Shown: positions 41,782 to 57,738 of the stretch, in pieces | Layout of the letters: each line of letters starts with the position of its first letter | Numbering within the stretch: position 1 is the stretch's first letter | Assembly (NCBI GenBank): GCA_973895155.1 | Contig: OZ316895.1 | Location: 4,389,659 to 4,453,658 of the forward strand | Length of the DNA: 64,000 nucleotides | Source of the DNA: Marsupella aquatica | Lineage: Eukaryota > Plantae > Marchantiophyta | Reading direction: 5' to 3' | The notes under the pieces: generated by a model | What the model was told of the DNA's origin: nothing | Databases searched by the model: none | Seen by the model: the letters and a program-made list of their open reading frames with translations, nothing else | Made by a program: the position numbers and the translations under genes

Positions 41782-42132
41782 TGTCCAAAATTATGGTTAG
41801 GTCTAGAGTTACAATTGTAACCTTAGTTAGGGCTGACTATAGTCACGGACAAGGTTAGGTTATTCATGTTGCACACTATATTCTCAAGGAGTGTTTGTTT
41901 GGATATATAAGAGAAACTCTTGTTCATTGTTATGGAACTAGTTGAGAGATAGGGAAAACTTGTATTGTGGAAATTTAGTATACATGGTCAACGTGCTTAG
42001 AGTGCAGTAAAGCTCTTGTGTATACCCGTGGACGTAATCTCAATTGAGATGAATCACATCTCTCTCTAGGTTGACTACTTGTTCGTTGAATGGTTATGGG
42101 CATGTCATTGTAAATGTCGTATTTGCTCAACA
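41782..42132 (+). mobile_element. Solo LTR (copia-like), 351 bp, 5-bp TSD
   Basis: Begins TG and ends CA, flanked by CTTAA at 41777-41781 and 42133-42137. Contains TATATAA and the copia-LTR-like CCCGTGGACGTA motif. Confidence 0.85.
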
Positions 42133-42189
42133 CTTAAGGGTTGATGAAAATATACTCTAGTGTCTAAAGGATGGTCCTAAAAGTGATTT

Positions 42190-42450
42190 CTTGAATTTTC
42201 TAGGGTAAAAATATAAATTCCAATAAGTTCTACTATTTTCCATAGTAAATAGTATGTTCTAGAATTCACCATGGTAAAAAGGTAAAATATAGTAACTTCT
42301 AGTATTCACCATAATAAATAATAATTTCTGGAATTTACCATGGTAAAAGATAATTCTAGTAACTTCTAGAATTTACCTAAATAAATTGTCATTTGTAGAA
42401 TCTACCATGGTAAAAGGAAAATTCTAGTTACCATGATTAAGCCTAGAAAA
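42190..42450. repeat. Degenerate palindrome-rich tandem array (TTCTAGAATTTACCATGGTAAA-like)
   Basis: About 7 degenerate copies built on the palindromes TTCTAGAA and TTTACCATGGTAAA. Confidence 0.7.
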
Positions 42451-43828
42451 CTCTTGTTAGTTTTAGTATCTTCTAGGATACTCTTGTAAAGAAACTAGTG
42501 TGCCTGGTTGCAATTGTAAATAAGAAGGAGGTTTGCCTTCTCAGGGAGTCAAATTTATAGTATTTCAAGTGTACGAGTGCACAAATAGAGTGAGTGTATG
42601 TGTGCATAGAACGCCTATTGTGTGCATTATGATTTGCATTGGATGAATCTTTGAACATTGATTCTAGACGTAACGGGTTGACTATGTTATTGGTTTCTAT
42701 GATAGAAGTATTCTCAAGGGAATTGGTTCTAAGCATGAGATGTCTTACAAAGTGGTAAATAAGAAAAAAGAACTAGGACATGCAACTAGACACCTGACAT
42801 TTTCTTGAGAACTTATTATTCCCAGGACAACGGACAATGAGATGTAATACTAGAGGGTGTTGAGCCTAGGGGGTTACAACCATTATCCCCAAGTTGGATT
42901 GAGTTACCGAACAAAAAGCCTGAGTGTATTTTTGAAGAATTCAATTCAGTTTTACACTGCAAAAGTTTCATCTATCATTGTTTACCCTTTGCACCTAAGT
43001 GTATTTCTCATTCAAATTTCAGAATCCCCAGGCCAAGGGTTGTGTGGCTTCCTCACAAGTAATGCCTCAGAACCATGTATATGCATACCCAAAAACAAAT
43101 GTAGAGTGGGTATTTCATGTAATTATAGGCATTTACTTTTGGGTATGCCTACACAATGGAAACTATTGACATGTATAGGTGTCTCTATAAATATATAGGC
43201 AAGTGCCTAAACCCTTTTGAGGCAGGAAAGTCTTGGTCAATCTCATAGTTACAACCTCATCACACATAAGGCTGATTATTTAAGGACCCTCACATGTGAT
43301 CATGCGGCCCTTTGTGCTCTCGATACTTTTGGGACAATGTAGCACTTTTATGATGAGATAATCAGACACAAATCTTGGTTTGTACTTCCCAACTAGGACA
43401 GAGTTTATGACAAGTGTATTAATTGTTTTTGGTTTTTTCAACAAGGCAAAGGTTGGGACCTGCAAGGGTCTGAAACTTTCCGGTCCTTGCCCTTGGCACC
43501 CCACAAAATGTGTCATAATGCATGGTGTATGAAGGGGTACAGTCAGAAAAGTCTTGTTCATTTACATCCTCACACTATTCAAGTTGAGGGCCGTTTTTTG
43601 AAGGACACTTCACATGTGAATTCGCCCTTACACTGCCTCTCATGGAACCGAGTCCTTAGGGTTTAGCAAACCCATAAATAGACAAATTGGTCTCTTCGTC
43701 GTCAAAGAATTAATTCAACAACATTGGATTTCAATGGCACTTATCGGGAATAAAAATCAGCAGATGTGGCGGAGATAAATAGTTTACATGGTGGGAGAGG
43801 AGAGAGCGAGAAGACCAATTCTGAATCA

Positions 43829-48186
<4,358 letters not shown>

Positions 48187-48786
48187 AGACGTGCATCAAG
48201 TCTTAATGTAACACTACTCTTGCCAGTGTTCTACAAGACACTGGTCTCTGAAGGATTTCTTGTCCCAGAATGTCCCTCTCATTTGGTGCCCAATACGATC
48301 TGGGATTGGCCCAAGTACATCCTGGCTAAATGTCTGTTTTTGAAAGTTTCTCAGTACACTAATCCTTCCTAGTGTCTTTCACTTTGGGGGCCCTAATGTA
48401 CTAGGAAAGTCTCAAAAACAGATTGTCGAAGATTGGAATTACACGAATGCAATAGTCGTTTGCTCTGTTATTATCACTGCTATCATCCCTAGAACTGGAT
48501 GGAGCCGGACAGTCTCGGGGGTTTGATACCAGGATTAAGTAGTACATTTTGTCGCACTTATGGGTTCTAGGTACCCTGGAGGTAAGCTGTGAAGACGGAA
48601 TTTCCAATTTAAGGAAAAATGTCAAGATTGTTATTTCACTCGTGTATGTCTTATTCCTCTGTTAGACTTTATTTAGATACTCTTTTGGTCTTCAAAGGAG
48701 TGTAATATTTCGATGTCAGAAATTACTTGGACAAGGTACCAGAGTGTTTCTGAGATTTCGACCGAACGAGTCCTTCTCAATATTGA

Positions 48787-48879
48787 ACAAAGATATAGAC
48801 CCAATTTAAGAGAAGTTTGTTGATTCCAGACAAACAAAGATATAGACCCAATTTAAGAGAAGTTTGTTGATTCCAGACA
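48787..48879. repeat. Exact tandem duplication, ~46-bp unit x2
   Basis: AACAAAGATATAGACCCAATTTAAGAGAAGTTTGTTGATTCCAGACA occurs twice. Confidence 0.9.
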
Positions 48880-51049
48880 TGTGTTGCCTTTTCCTTAGCT
48901 TAGTTGTTGCTCCTTCTGATTAGATCACGTGATAGTAGGGAGTTACGTACAATGTTTTTCATCCTTTGTAAGTTCTGATATAGATATAGAATGTTCATCC
49001 TGGATATAGATATATAGAATGTCCATCCTGGAACATGCCTTTTTTGTTTTGTCTTGTAGTGATATGTTTTTTATGAAACATGCCTCTTTTGTTTTGTCTT
49101 GTAATGATATGTTTTTTTATTTTATGATAAAAAAAAGTAGGAACATGTAAAGTATATGCCAATAAATTAATATCTCTTAATTAAGAGTGAATGACATAGT
49201 ACACATGCAAAGAAAAGCACATTATGACCAAAAAGTACAAAGGTATTATAGAGTTATGCACATATAGTATAGATTTTCACTTGCTTCTAGGTAGTGATAA
49301 TAAATTCAATTAAAATCATAAATTTTGTAAAAAGAACTTATTAAACCAAATGTGCACATTGTTTAAACTTATTTCTCTCACTCTCATGAGTAAAAAGATA
49401 ATTCATTGAGTGATTGAAAAGGAAAGATTAAACATTTATGAGGGGAGCCAAATATATTCAAATTACTCTAAGTTCACTAAATTAAAAGGGGTCCAAAAGT
49501 TAATTCAAAATCAAACTAATACAAATGATTCACCTAGTTCAGGCACATTAAAATAAAAATACTAAACAGAAAATTTGAATAAGACAAAATTTGAAAGATG
49601 GATTCACCATATAACAGCTTCATAATTGTCTGATATACATTCCAAAATCTTCCCCTCACTTAACTTGAAAGTGGACTGTACACAGCCCTCAAGCTATGGG
49701 CCCTTAGTTATTTTAAAAACTGTCAGAAACGAGTCATGAAAAGGCAGATTAATCTTGATGTTCCACAAGATCTGCTCCCTTTCCTATATGTGAACCCTGC
49801 AAGCATCTACATGTCCCTGTTTTGTCTGCTCCCTTGTTTTGTATGAACCCTTCAAGAGCATGTTTGTTTGTTTGTTTGTTTGTTTTCATTTCAAAGTGTG
49901 GACCTCAAGGGCTGGGAAGTATCATGACATCAAAATCTCACTGAATGGTATCATGACATGAGTCAGTTTGAGGGCTGCAAATTAACAAAGGGCCCATCAC
50001 ATGCGAGTTGGGCCTAAGGGCCACCCACATGTAAGTTGGCTCTAAACCCCACACCAGGATCACAAGAACAAATTTGACTAATGCCCTGAACCAACAACCT
50101 CAATTGCTTGGCCTGGTGCTGCAAATTGACATGTGTGATCACATCCGCCCTCTCCACCCCTCTTTCCACTCTTGTAGCAGAATCAATGGAAGAAGAGGTC
50201 GTCCAGACATGGAACGCCACATCCAAAACTTTACAATCATTGGCATAAGCACCATGGAAATAGCAATCCCGCAAAGTGTTCTCACGATTGTCCCCATAGA
50301 TATTTGGCTGTCAATGTTGCCCAAATGCTCTCGGATGTTGGCAGAAAAGGAAGTTAGGGTTACTACTAGGACCACAAAATGCAGTACAATGAACACGCCA
50401 TTTACTGTGTAAATTGCCGATCGCTGTGAGTCAGAGAGCTCTGGATATAAGAGCCCAGGGAGAATATCTCGCTGCCACTGTAGCCACCACCATATGCATG
50501 TTAACAAATTAGTCATGAGATCCTGATGCAGTCTAGCTAGCCTTTCATCGAAGTGCTACGTATTTACAACAACCATATCCTCTCAGTTTGTATATCGCAA
50601 CAAGGGTTGGCTTTTGTAAGCTATTCACCTTTCTAGAGGAAAGCAGCAACAAATTAGAATAAAGAGTTCATTGGTTTGACAGGGAAGAGACTGCTGATTG
50701 CAAGCTAAGCCAGGCTAACTCCTAGTGATTGTTCTTTCTAGGGCTAATTGTAGCATGCATGGTTGCCACAAATAGGAAATAATTGAAATAAGGTTCAAGG
50801 GGTGATGTAGCTACAAGTACCTTGCCCTCAACATGTTTAGCAAAAGTACGTAAATATTGGTAGGCAGCCAATGACCTGTCACTGGTTGGCACACGGTGAA
50901 ATGGTCAGCATCAGTCTGAGAACCTTGCACATCGAACCTCGCTGATGCTTCTGGGACTACAACACCCTTGAAATATTTCTGCGAGACATGCCATTGATAA
51001 CAAATCAGAACCTGTAACTAAGGTCAAAATGAAGCCTTAAGTCTCCAAT

Positions 51050-51432
51050 CATTAGTACTTTTAACAACATGGACCGGTTAGGAGTTGAACATAGGACCTC
51101 CTAGTGTGCTCTACCAGTGTCCTACAGGGCCCCCTTCATGCCTGCACCTTGTCTCTGGTTTAGGTGTGGTTTATTTTCAACACCCTCCCTTGAGCCACAC
51201 TTGCTTCAAGAGAGATTCCTTATATGCATAATTTCTTTGGCTCTGATACCATGTCGGAACTTTAAATAAAATGGACCAGCTAAAAATTGAACCCTAGAAC
51301 CTCCAGTGTACATCGTAATGCTCTACCACTGAGCTACAAGCCCTTTCATCCCTCCACCATCTCATCTCTGGTCTCTGGTTGAAGTGTGTTGCACCATCTC
51401 ATCCCTGGTTTAAGTGTGTTTTATTTCCAACA
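51050..51432 (-). mobile_element. Miniature LTR retroelement (TRIM) with a tRNA-like cassette in each LTR
   Basis: On the minus strand: 5' LTR 51432-51252 (TGTTGGAAATAAA...GTTCCGACA), PBS TGGTATCAGAGC (51251-51240), ~50 bp internal sequence, PPT AAGGGAGGG (51191-51183), and 3' LTR 51182-~51050 (TGTTGAAAATAAA...). No TSD is recognisable. Confidence 0.85.
51272..51343 (-). pseudogene. tRNA-like sequence inside the 5' LTR of the TRIM
   Basis: GGGCTTGTAGCTCAGTGGTAGAGCATTACGATGTACACTGGAGGTTCTAGGGTTCAATTTTTAGCTGGTCCA has a canonical A-box/D-arm, a GGTTCAA T-loop and a partly pairing acceptor stem, followed by TTTT. The anticodon arm is degenerate. A second, more decayed copy lies at ~51070-51132. 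Confidence 0.75.
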
Positions 51433-51842
51433 CTGACAAATCTCAGCAGTGCATTTAATGTTAATGAAACTCTGTATACTTGTTGCTAGGAAATCTACTG
51501 TAGTACCTTGAAAAAGTAATCACTTATGCAGGCAATTAAGTGCACATCAGTAAATATCAAATTGCTTGGGTCAGTCTGAATCAAAGTTCCTCTCCTTAAA
51601 AAATTGAGACAATTATTACAGTGGATCCAACACGCCATTGAAAAGTATCATAGTGTACAAAGATAAATCAATATCATCGCAAGGTTCCCAAAGAAACAAA
51701 AATGTACTTCTAAAGTCTAGACTTCACCAACACCTGGCTTTTTGTGGCTAGGCCATCAATTCATGACGAAAGACAAGATTGAGGCTCATAATGAGCCTCC
51801 CGTACCTTTTTGCCGCCCGCTGCCGGCACTTGCTGCCCTAAT

Positions 51843-52001
51843 TTTTTTCAAAGTCATATTTTTTCTAAGTGACTAGAGTGTGAATGATCCCCACTTTTGG
51901 GTGGGATGAATGACAAAACCATCTTTTGTTGCTCACCAGATTCAAACCTGAGACCTGTTGCATCCCAAAGGAGCTGCTCTACCATGATCCAACCTTGGGG
52001 C
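51843..52001 (-). mobile_element. tRNA(Pro)-like SINE with A-tail
   Basis: The minus-strand head GCCCCAAGGTTGGATCATGGTAGAGCAGCTCCTTTGGGATGCAACAGGTCTCAGGTTTGAATCTGG has A/B-box-like motifs and a TTTGGGA loop. It is followed by a short body and an oligo-A tail. Weakly similar flanks are CACTTGCTGCCC / CAATTGGTGTCC. Confidence 0.6.
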
Positions 52002-53498
52002 AATTGGTGTCCAGGCTGATTCGCTCTAGGTATTTAACCACATACTAATGTCAGAAATACTGGGCAACGGGCAGTCACGTACGGGGCTAATCAATGTTAA
52101 TCACATTGATTGGCCTCGATCTTGCCTTTCATTCTTAATATCTTGTGACCAAGCATTGATGATAGAATTATTGTGAACCATCATTACCAACAAGTGAAAA
52201 TGGGCAACAGATCTATGCTCTAGAGTGAATATTTTGAGATGTTCTCAACGTCACCAATTGTAAGATTCCATCGTCCGCACTCAATGAGCATCTCAGCATA
52301 TATTCTCCAAAGATTTAGGGAGAGGTGTAACGAAGAGGATGCTTACCAGATATACTTTGCGCCCTTCACAAAGTCCATATGTGGTCCACTGTCTTGACTT
52401 TCATAACAAAGAAAAGTGAAAGTTTCAAATAGCCAAGGCAACCAACATTGCTTTTGGCCACACGAGACCCATGTTTTGAGCATATGAGTCTTCTGGCTGG
52501 AATTGGAAGTGGACGATAGCTGCAGATTGTGGAAAAACACTAATTCCATTGCAGGAATTCGGTCAGGCAGTAGTTTTGAGACTCCTGGATTGCAAATTTT
52601 GTAAAGGGTGTCATTGATATCCACGTCCCATCCGGATATAAGTAGAAGACTATGGCCGCTTTCTAATAAATTGTCAAATGTTTCGCAAGATATAAGCTGG
52701 ATGGAGTTTGCATAGAATCATTCTAGCGGTACCTGTCAAACTAACTCGTCCATATAATTTCAAACTTTGACCAATTTCTAGATTGTCACTAGCTTTCAGT
52801 AGCACGCTAATCAAGGAAAAGAAATGGTCCTGAACATACCTTCCGTAGGTATTCTCCCTTGTTTCCTAGTACTACTTCACCAGAATCGTCATGCAGATAT
52901 TCCAGTTGGTAGGACTCCAGGAGCCCCCATACCCAAGTCAAACTATCCATCCTTTCTCTTGAACACCACCAGCCAAAAACAATACTGGACGACGAAATCA
53001 ATTTCAGTGAGCATAGTTATGATTGTAATGGTTGGCCGACTGTCACGGAAGGGCGCTATTTCGATCGTTGGCCGCGTGAGAACTGGACTTGAAGTCGGCT
53101 GCCTCCTGGTCCGAAGATTCCCAAAATTTTGTTAAATTTTGCAGGTGTATAAGGGAAATTCAATTCCAAACCGTGTACTCTTACTAGCCAAAACAGCCCT
53201 GAGCACACACGTGCTGAGATTTTTATCATTGATTGATTTCTTTTGTGTGCCTACTCAACAATCTGAAACAGATTCGCAAAGCTGATCGTCTTGCCCCATC
53301 TTCGTTGCAGTGTAGGCGGTAACCCTAAGAGACACATCCCCTAGAGAGGTTCTAAGCTATTATTCCCTAATTCAAGTTGGTGTGGGATTTTGCTCTGGCA
53401 GTGGTATTTAGGGGATCAACGACAAAGTCTAAGTGAAACAGCTGCCGAGGGAAGTTGCTTGGTTGGAATCCTCACCTCGAATTCCTGATTCGGTGGCC

Positions 53499-53742
53499 GG
53501 ACCAAACGTCGATGTGGAGGCAAATGAAGCTCTTTTGACATCCAAAGTTTGTTGCAAGACAAGGAGCAACAATTTAGCAGGTCGATCCTCTATCACTTAA
53601 TATTCCTCACCAGGAACTCCTATTTCTGTGGATGGACCAAATGTCGAGGAGGCAAATGAAGCTCTTTTGACATCCAAGGCTTTATTGCAAGCAAAGGAGC
53701 AACACATTTCAGCAGGTCAATCCTCTTTATCACTTAGTATTC
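53499..53742. repeat. Tandem duplication, ~135-bp period x2
   Basis: GGACCAAAYGTCGA...GAGGCAAATGAAGCTCTTTTGACATCCAA...AGCAGGTCRATCCTCT..ATCACTTA occurs twice. Confidence 0.85.
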
Positions 53743-55360
53743 TGCTGACGGCATTTGCCGTTGGCGTACACGGTAAACAACTATAAATTATAGTATCGCA
53801 AAATTAACTGTCCTGTGCACGCCTACTTCACCATCGCCAAGAATGAGTCTATTGGCCGGGAGCGCTACAACCTCATGTAGAAGTTGCTCCTCCTCTGCTG
53901 ACTGCCACCAGAGAGAGGAGGATTGATGTGGGGGCTTCTGGTTTTAGTGGAGAGGCTCCGCATCCCACTGTGACACAGGTACACATCTCTTCACTTTACA
54001 CCCAAAACATACATTGTAAGGACTCTTCATTTTTGAGAAAAACTTCCCGGAGTAGTTTCTAGTTTTTCCAAGTGTCTCAGCCAACTGTGAAATGCTAGTG
54101 TTTAGCAACTTGTGCATCTATTTAAACAACTTCTGGATCTATGTTCTATGTCCAATCTGTTACTTGACAAAGTTTCAATTTTTGTCTAAAACCATTTGGT
54201 CCATTGCAGATGAGTGCAAAGGTAGTCAAATATCATAAACTAACTGCCAACGGATGCTTCACTTTTGTGAAGAACACCCTTCGTACTTGGGCATGAGCAC
54301 CAACTTACCACTTTGAGAATGGACGCTTCACTTTTATGAAGGACTCCCTGAGTAGTTTGGGTGAGCGGCGACTTGCAGGTCACATATGAGTCAAAATTGT
54401 AAAGAGTGTTATCCGAGCAGATTGTGATGTTCTGAGTCAGTCCATCCCAACTTTGGAAATCCATGGGGGCTTCACAGCAAACCCCTGGGTCCATCCAGGC
54501 CTTACTTTCCAGTTAGATGAAGACAACACTAATTAAAAAAAAATTGAAAGTGAAATACATACCAAAAATAGGGATGGGGGCAAGGATAAAAGGGAAGATT
54601 GGTTTGCAAGATTTATTCTGTCTTATCTCTATTTATGTTCAAGGAAGGCATAATCAGGCTAGTAGAGATGAAATCAAAAATCCTTTCACATTGGTACACT
54701 TTATTCAAAGCAGCCTGGTTTACCAGTTCCTTCATTATAAATAGAAATGAAAACAAAACAACATGTCCTAGAAAAAGAAGTCATTGCTATTTTGGGTTCA
54801 TTTTTTGACCCCTCCCTGGTTGTCCACCCTCATTATCAGTTTTTTCCTGATATAAAGTAGGAGTCAATATTGTCCTTATTGAGACTTATGGAGTTTTGGT
54901 CTAGAATGCTTTGTCCTTATTGAGAGTTTGTCCACCCATATTATCACTTTTGTCTTTATATGCAGTAAGAGTCAGATAGAGTCAGCTTTGTCCTTATTTT
55001 GTACTTATTGAGATTTATGGTCTAGAAATTTTTGTCCTTATTGAGAGTTATGACCTACTAGCTTTGCAATGCGCTTTATTATTGAGATTGCCCATATAAG
55101 CCTTTTCCTTTTTTCTTGGTCCCCCTCACTTTTTCCTTATGATTCCCCTTGATGTCTTTGATCTGCTTTCATGAAAGTCATAAGAAACACTTGAGAGAAT
55201 CCTTTTTTTTCAAATTTATTGAACAAGTAGGTGCTCGGTAGCAGCGCATAAAATATCAATCCAAGTTGGATTGAAATGACATATTATGGCTAAAAACTCT
55301 TGTGATGCAATCTTAGAATGCTAACTACCCAGTAGCATAGAAATAATACCATGATGCCAT

Positions 55361-55964
55361 TAGAGTTTTCCGTAAAAGCAGCCCATGAAAAGACTGGCCA
55401 CTCACCCTGTAATTCTAAAAGGCTAGTTACCGTGAAAATAGAGCATGAACAAACTTTTTTGTCAAAACTCAAGGTGAAGTCCTACAGCTAATGATTTCTA
55501 GGGCAAGTCTCGACTCTTGTGAAGCATTTCTGACATCCCTCACACTTTCCACAGTGTGAGCATTTCTGACATTGTAAGCATGGTCCAGGCTGATGCTCTG
55601 TTGCACTCTTGCTTTGCTTTATGGTGGTTCACTACTGTAGCTCTTCCAAATATTCTTCGTGTTATTCTTCTTGTTGCTCTGCCAAATGTAAGATCCAATT
55701 GATGCTGCATGCTCGCTGCGCCTGCTTCACTGCTCGCTGCTGCTAGTTCCGCCCCTGCTCGCTGCTGCTAGTTGCTGCCCACATGAAGATTACAGGGTGA
55801 CTTAGGAATTGCCACCCCCGAAGATCACTTTCCCGTTTTCGCCCTGGATTTTACTCTGGTGTATTTGAGTACCGCTGCCAAACACTAACTCACCCTGTGT
55901 AAATCATAAACCTGCTTTTCACCTGTGAACTCACCCCGTAAGTGTGCTTTTACGGAAAACTCTA
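55361..55964. mobile_element. MITE (~600 bp) with 20-bp perfect inverted ends
   Basis: TAGAGTTTTCCGTAAAAGCA (55361-55380) vs TGCTTTTACGGAAAACTCTA (55945-55964), with internal ACTCACCCTGT motifs in both orientations. The TSD could be read as TA or ATT, so the superfamily is unresolved. Confidence 0.8.
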
Positions 55965-56124
55965 TTAGATCTCTTATTGTTATGATCTACTGCCGTCAGT
56001 GGTTTTGTCGACAAGTTACAGGTGCTTTGTGCATGGTGTTATACATGCTTTGTATAGAATAATAGTCAATAAGTTAGGTGTGCTTCTTGCACAGTGTTAT
56101 ACATGCTATGTGTAGGATAATGAC

Positions 56125-56520
56125 AGGCTGGGCAGGAGCTTACAGGTTTACTATGTTGTAACCCTCTAGCTAGAAAGTGAAGGAAAACTGACTGGGCAGG
56201 GGTTTATTGAAGAAAATTGTAACCCTCTAGCCAGAAAGTGAAGAAAAACTGCCTGAGAGGGGTTTATTGAAGAAAAACTGAGCAGGCAGGGGGTTTACTA
56301 GGTTTACTATATTGTAACCCTCTACCCAGAAAATAACAACTAGTAAACTTTTCTATTTTTTCTGAACATTCTGGGAGCAGGGTTCAGATTCCAATCCAGG
56401 CCCAAATCAAAAACATCTGAGCATTTTGGGAGCAGGGTTCAGGTTACAATCCTGGCCCACATTATAAATATCTGAGCAGTCTGGGAGCATGGTTCAGATT
56501 ACAACCCCAGCCCACATAGT
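56125..56520. repeat. Two adjacent degenerate tandem arrays
   Basis: TTGTAACCCTCTASCYAGAAA units x3 (56157-56332), then GGGAGCAKGGTTCAGRTT units x3 (56373-56500). Confidence 0.7.
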
Positions 56521-57738
56521 AAGTAGTACATAAACGTGATACAGAAAAAAGTTTGTGATCCCAAGTTTTTGGGCAATAGATTATGGATGGAAATAGGAAG
56601 GACCATCTCCAGAGATGTTACGCACCCGAAGACTTGTATTCCCCAGAGGTACGAGACATAACTGGGTGCCTCCGACTCAAGCAATTTTTGCCTAACTTGA
56701 ACCATAAAGAAACTCAAGAAAAGACGTGCATGGTGCAGGCTCCCGAGACTTGGATCGCGGCAAAATGGAAGCAAGGGCCGATCGCATCGTGCCCATGACC
56801 CGACATTATATGCTAGAAAGGGGGTGAAAAATGTAGCTACTACTTTACCATCATGTGAGAGGGCAGACCGCCCAAATACGTCAGAAGAGCTAGCTTCCTT
56901 CAATTCCGGAATTTCCTTACTTTACATGTAAGCGGACCTAGATAAAAGTTTTAGAAATCCATGTTCTCCGTGGTTTAGTTACTCTAGCGCAATACTTGGA
57001 ATCCAGGCCTATCACTATGAAAGCAAAGTTGCCATAAGAGAGTCTGATTGCTCTAATTCCTTTCACAAGCTAATGCAGACCAGTGTAGACCAGTTTGGGA
57101 CAGGGCTTGTTTGGCAAGGACTTTCAAAATCGAAGAAACAAGCTACCGTGATCATCATGCCACCCAGCATCAAGCCTCACATTCATTCATCATTTTTGTG
57201 AAAATGTGTATGCACAGACCCCTCCAACAGGGACACAGGGGTCCAAGGACGACTGTCAGGTCTCTTACTAGAGAAGAATGACAAGTTTTGTAAAATATGT
57301 CTCCAGCGCGAGGCTTTTGAATACAAACCTGCAATACAGAAATCCAATTCCAATTCAATACTTTGCAAAAGTGGGGCCCATACAAACCCTCTTGTAACCA
57401 AGGTGAAAATCACACTTCGGTCTAGCACACACAATTGCCTTTTGCAGTCAAATGAAATACTAAAAGTCCTAGGAGAATGCCGACAAATTTCATGCTACAT
57501 ATGGTTTGCCTTGGTCTTCAGGGTAAACTCTTCAGCGCAAAAATGGTATGTGCACATTAGTATAGAACCTCTACAAAACATCTCTCAAGAAGTGAACTGA
57601 GTTGTCACTTCAAAGGGAAACCGCGCACCTGCCAGATGATCAGCCGTTGATGCAAAAGGGGGACTTTACATGACAGGATGCTACGGCTGTTTGTTTCAAT
57701 TTTGATTGGCTCCACGAAGATTGCAAAGGCGTTGTTCA

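Larger units (their letters stand above)
50139..52950 (-). pseudogene. Disrupted SERAC1-like alpha/beta-hydrolase gene with a downstream TM-like segment
   Basis: Exon-like blocks are ~52950-52840 (MDSLTWVWG...YLRK|GT), 52732-52347 (in-frame TGA at codon 5, then ELVFFHNLQLS...LKTWVSCGQKQCWLPWL), 51011-50821 (VVVPEASARFDV...ADHFTVCQP) and 50478-50139 (hydrophobic). VFFHxLQ, TW..CW..W and VVPEASAR..DHFxVC resemble recalled plant SERAC1-like hydrolases. The central GHSxGG region is not seen, and the splice phases of blocks 2 and 3 do not match. Confidence 0.6.

Noticed and set aside
51272-51343. Functional tRNA gene
   Set aside because: The anticodon arm does not pair properly and the B-box 3' half is degenerate. 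It sits inside an LTR.
52718-52720. In-frame TGA as selenocysteine or programmed read-through
   Set aside because: Land plants lack Sec machinery. The same gene shows other damage (phase mismatch, missing catalytic segment), so a nonsense mutation is simpler.
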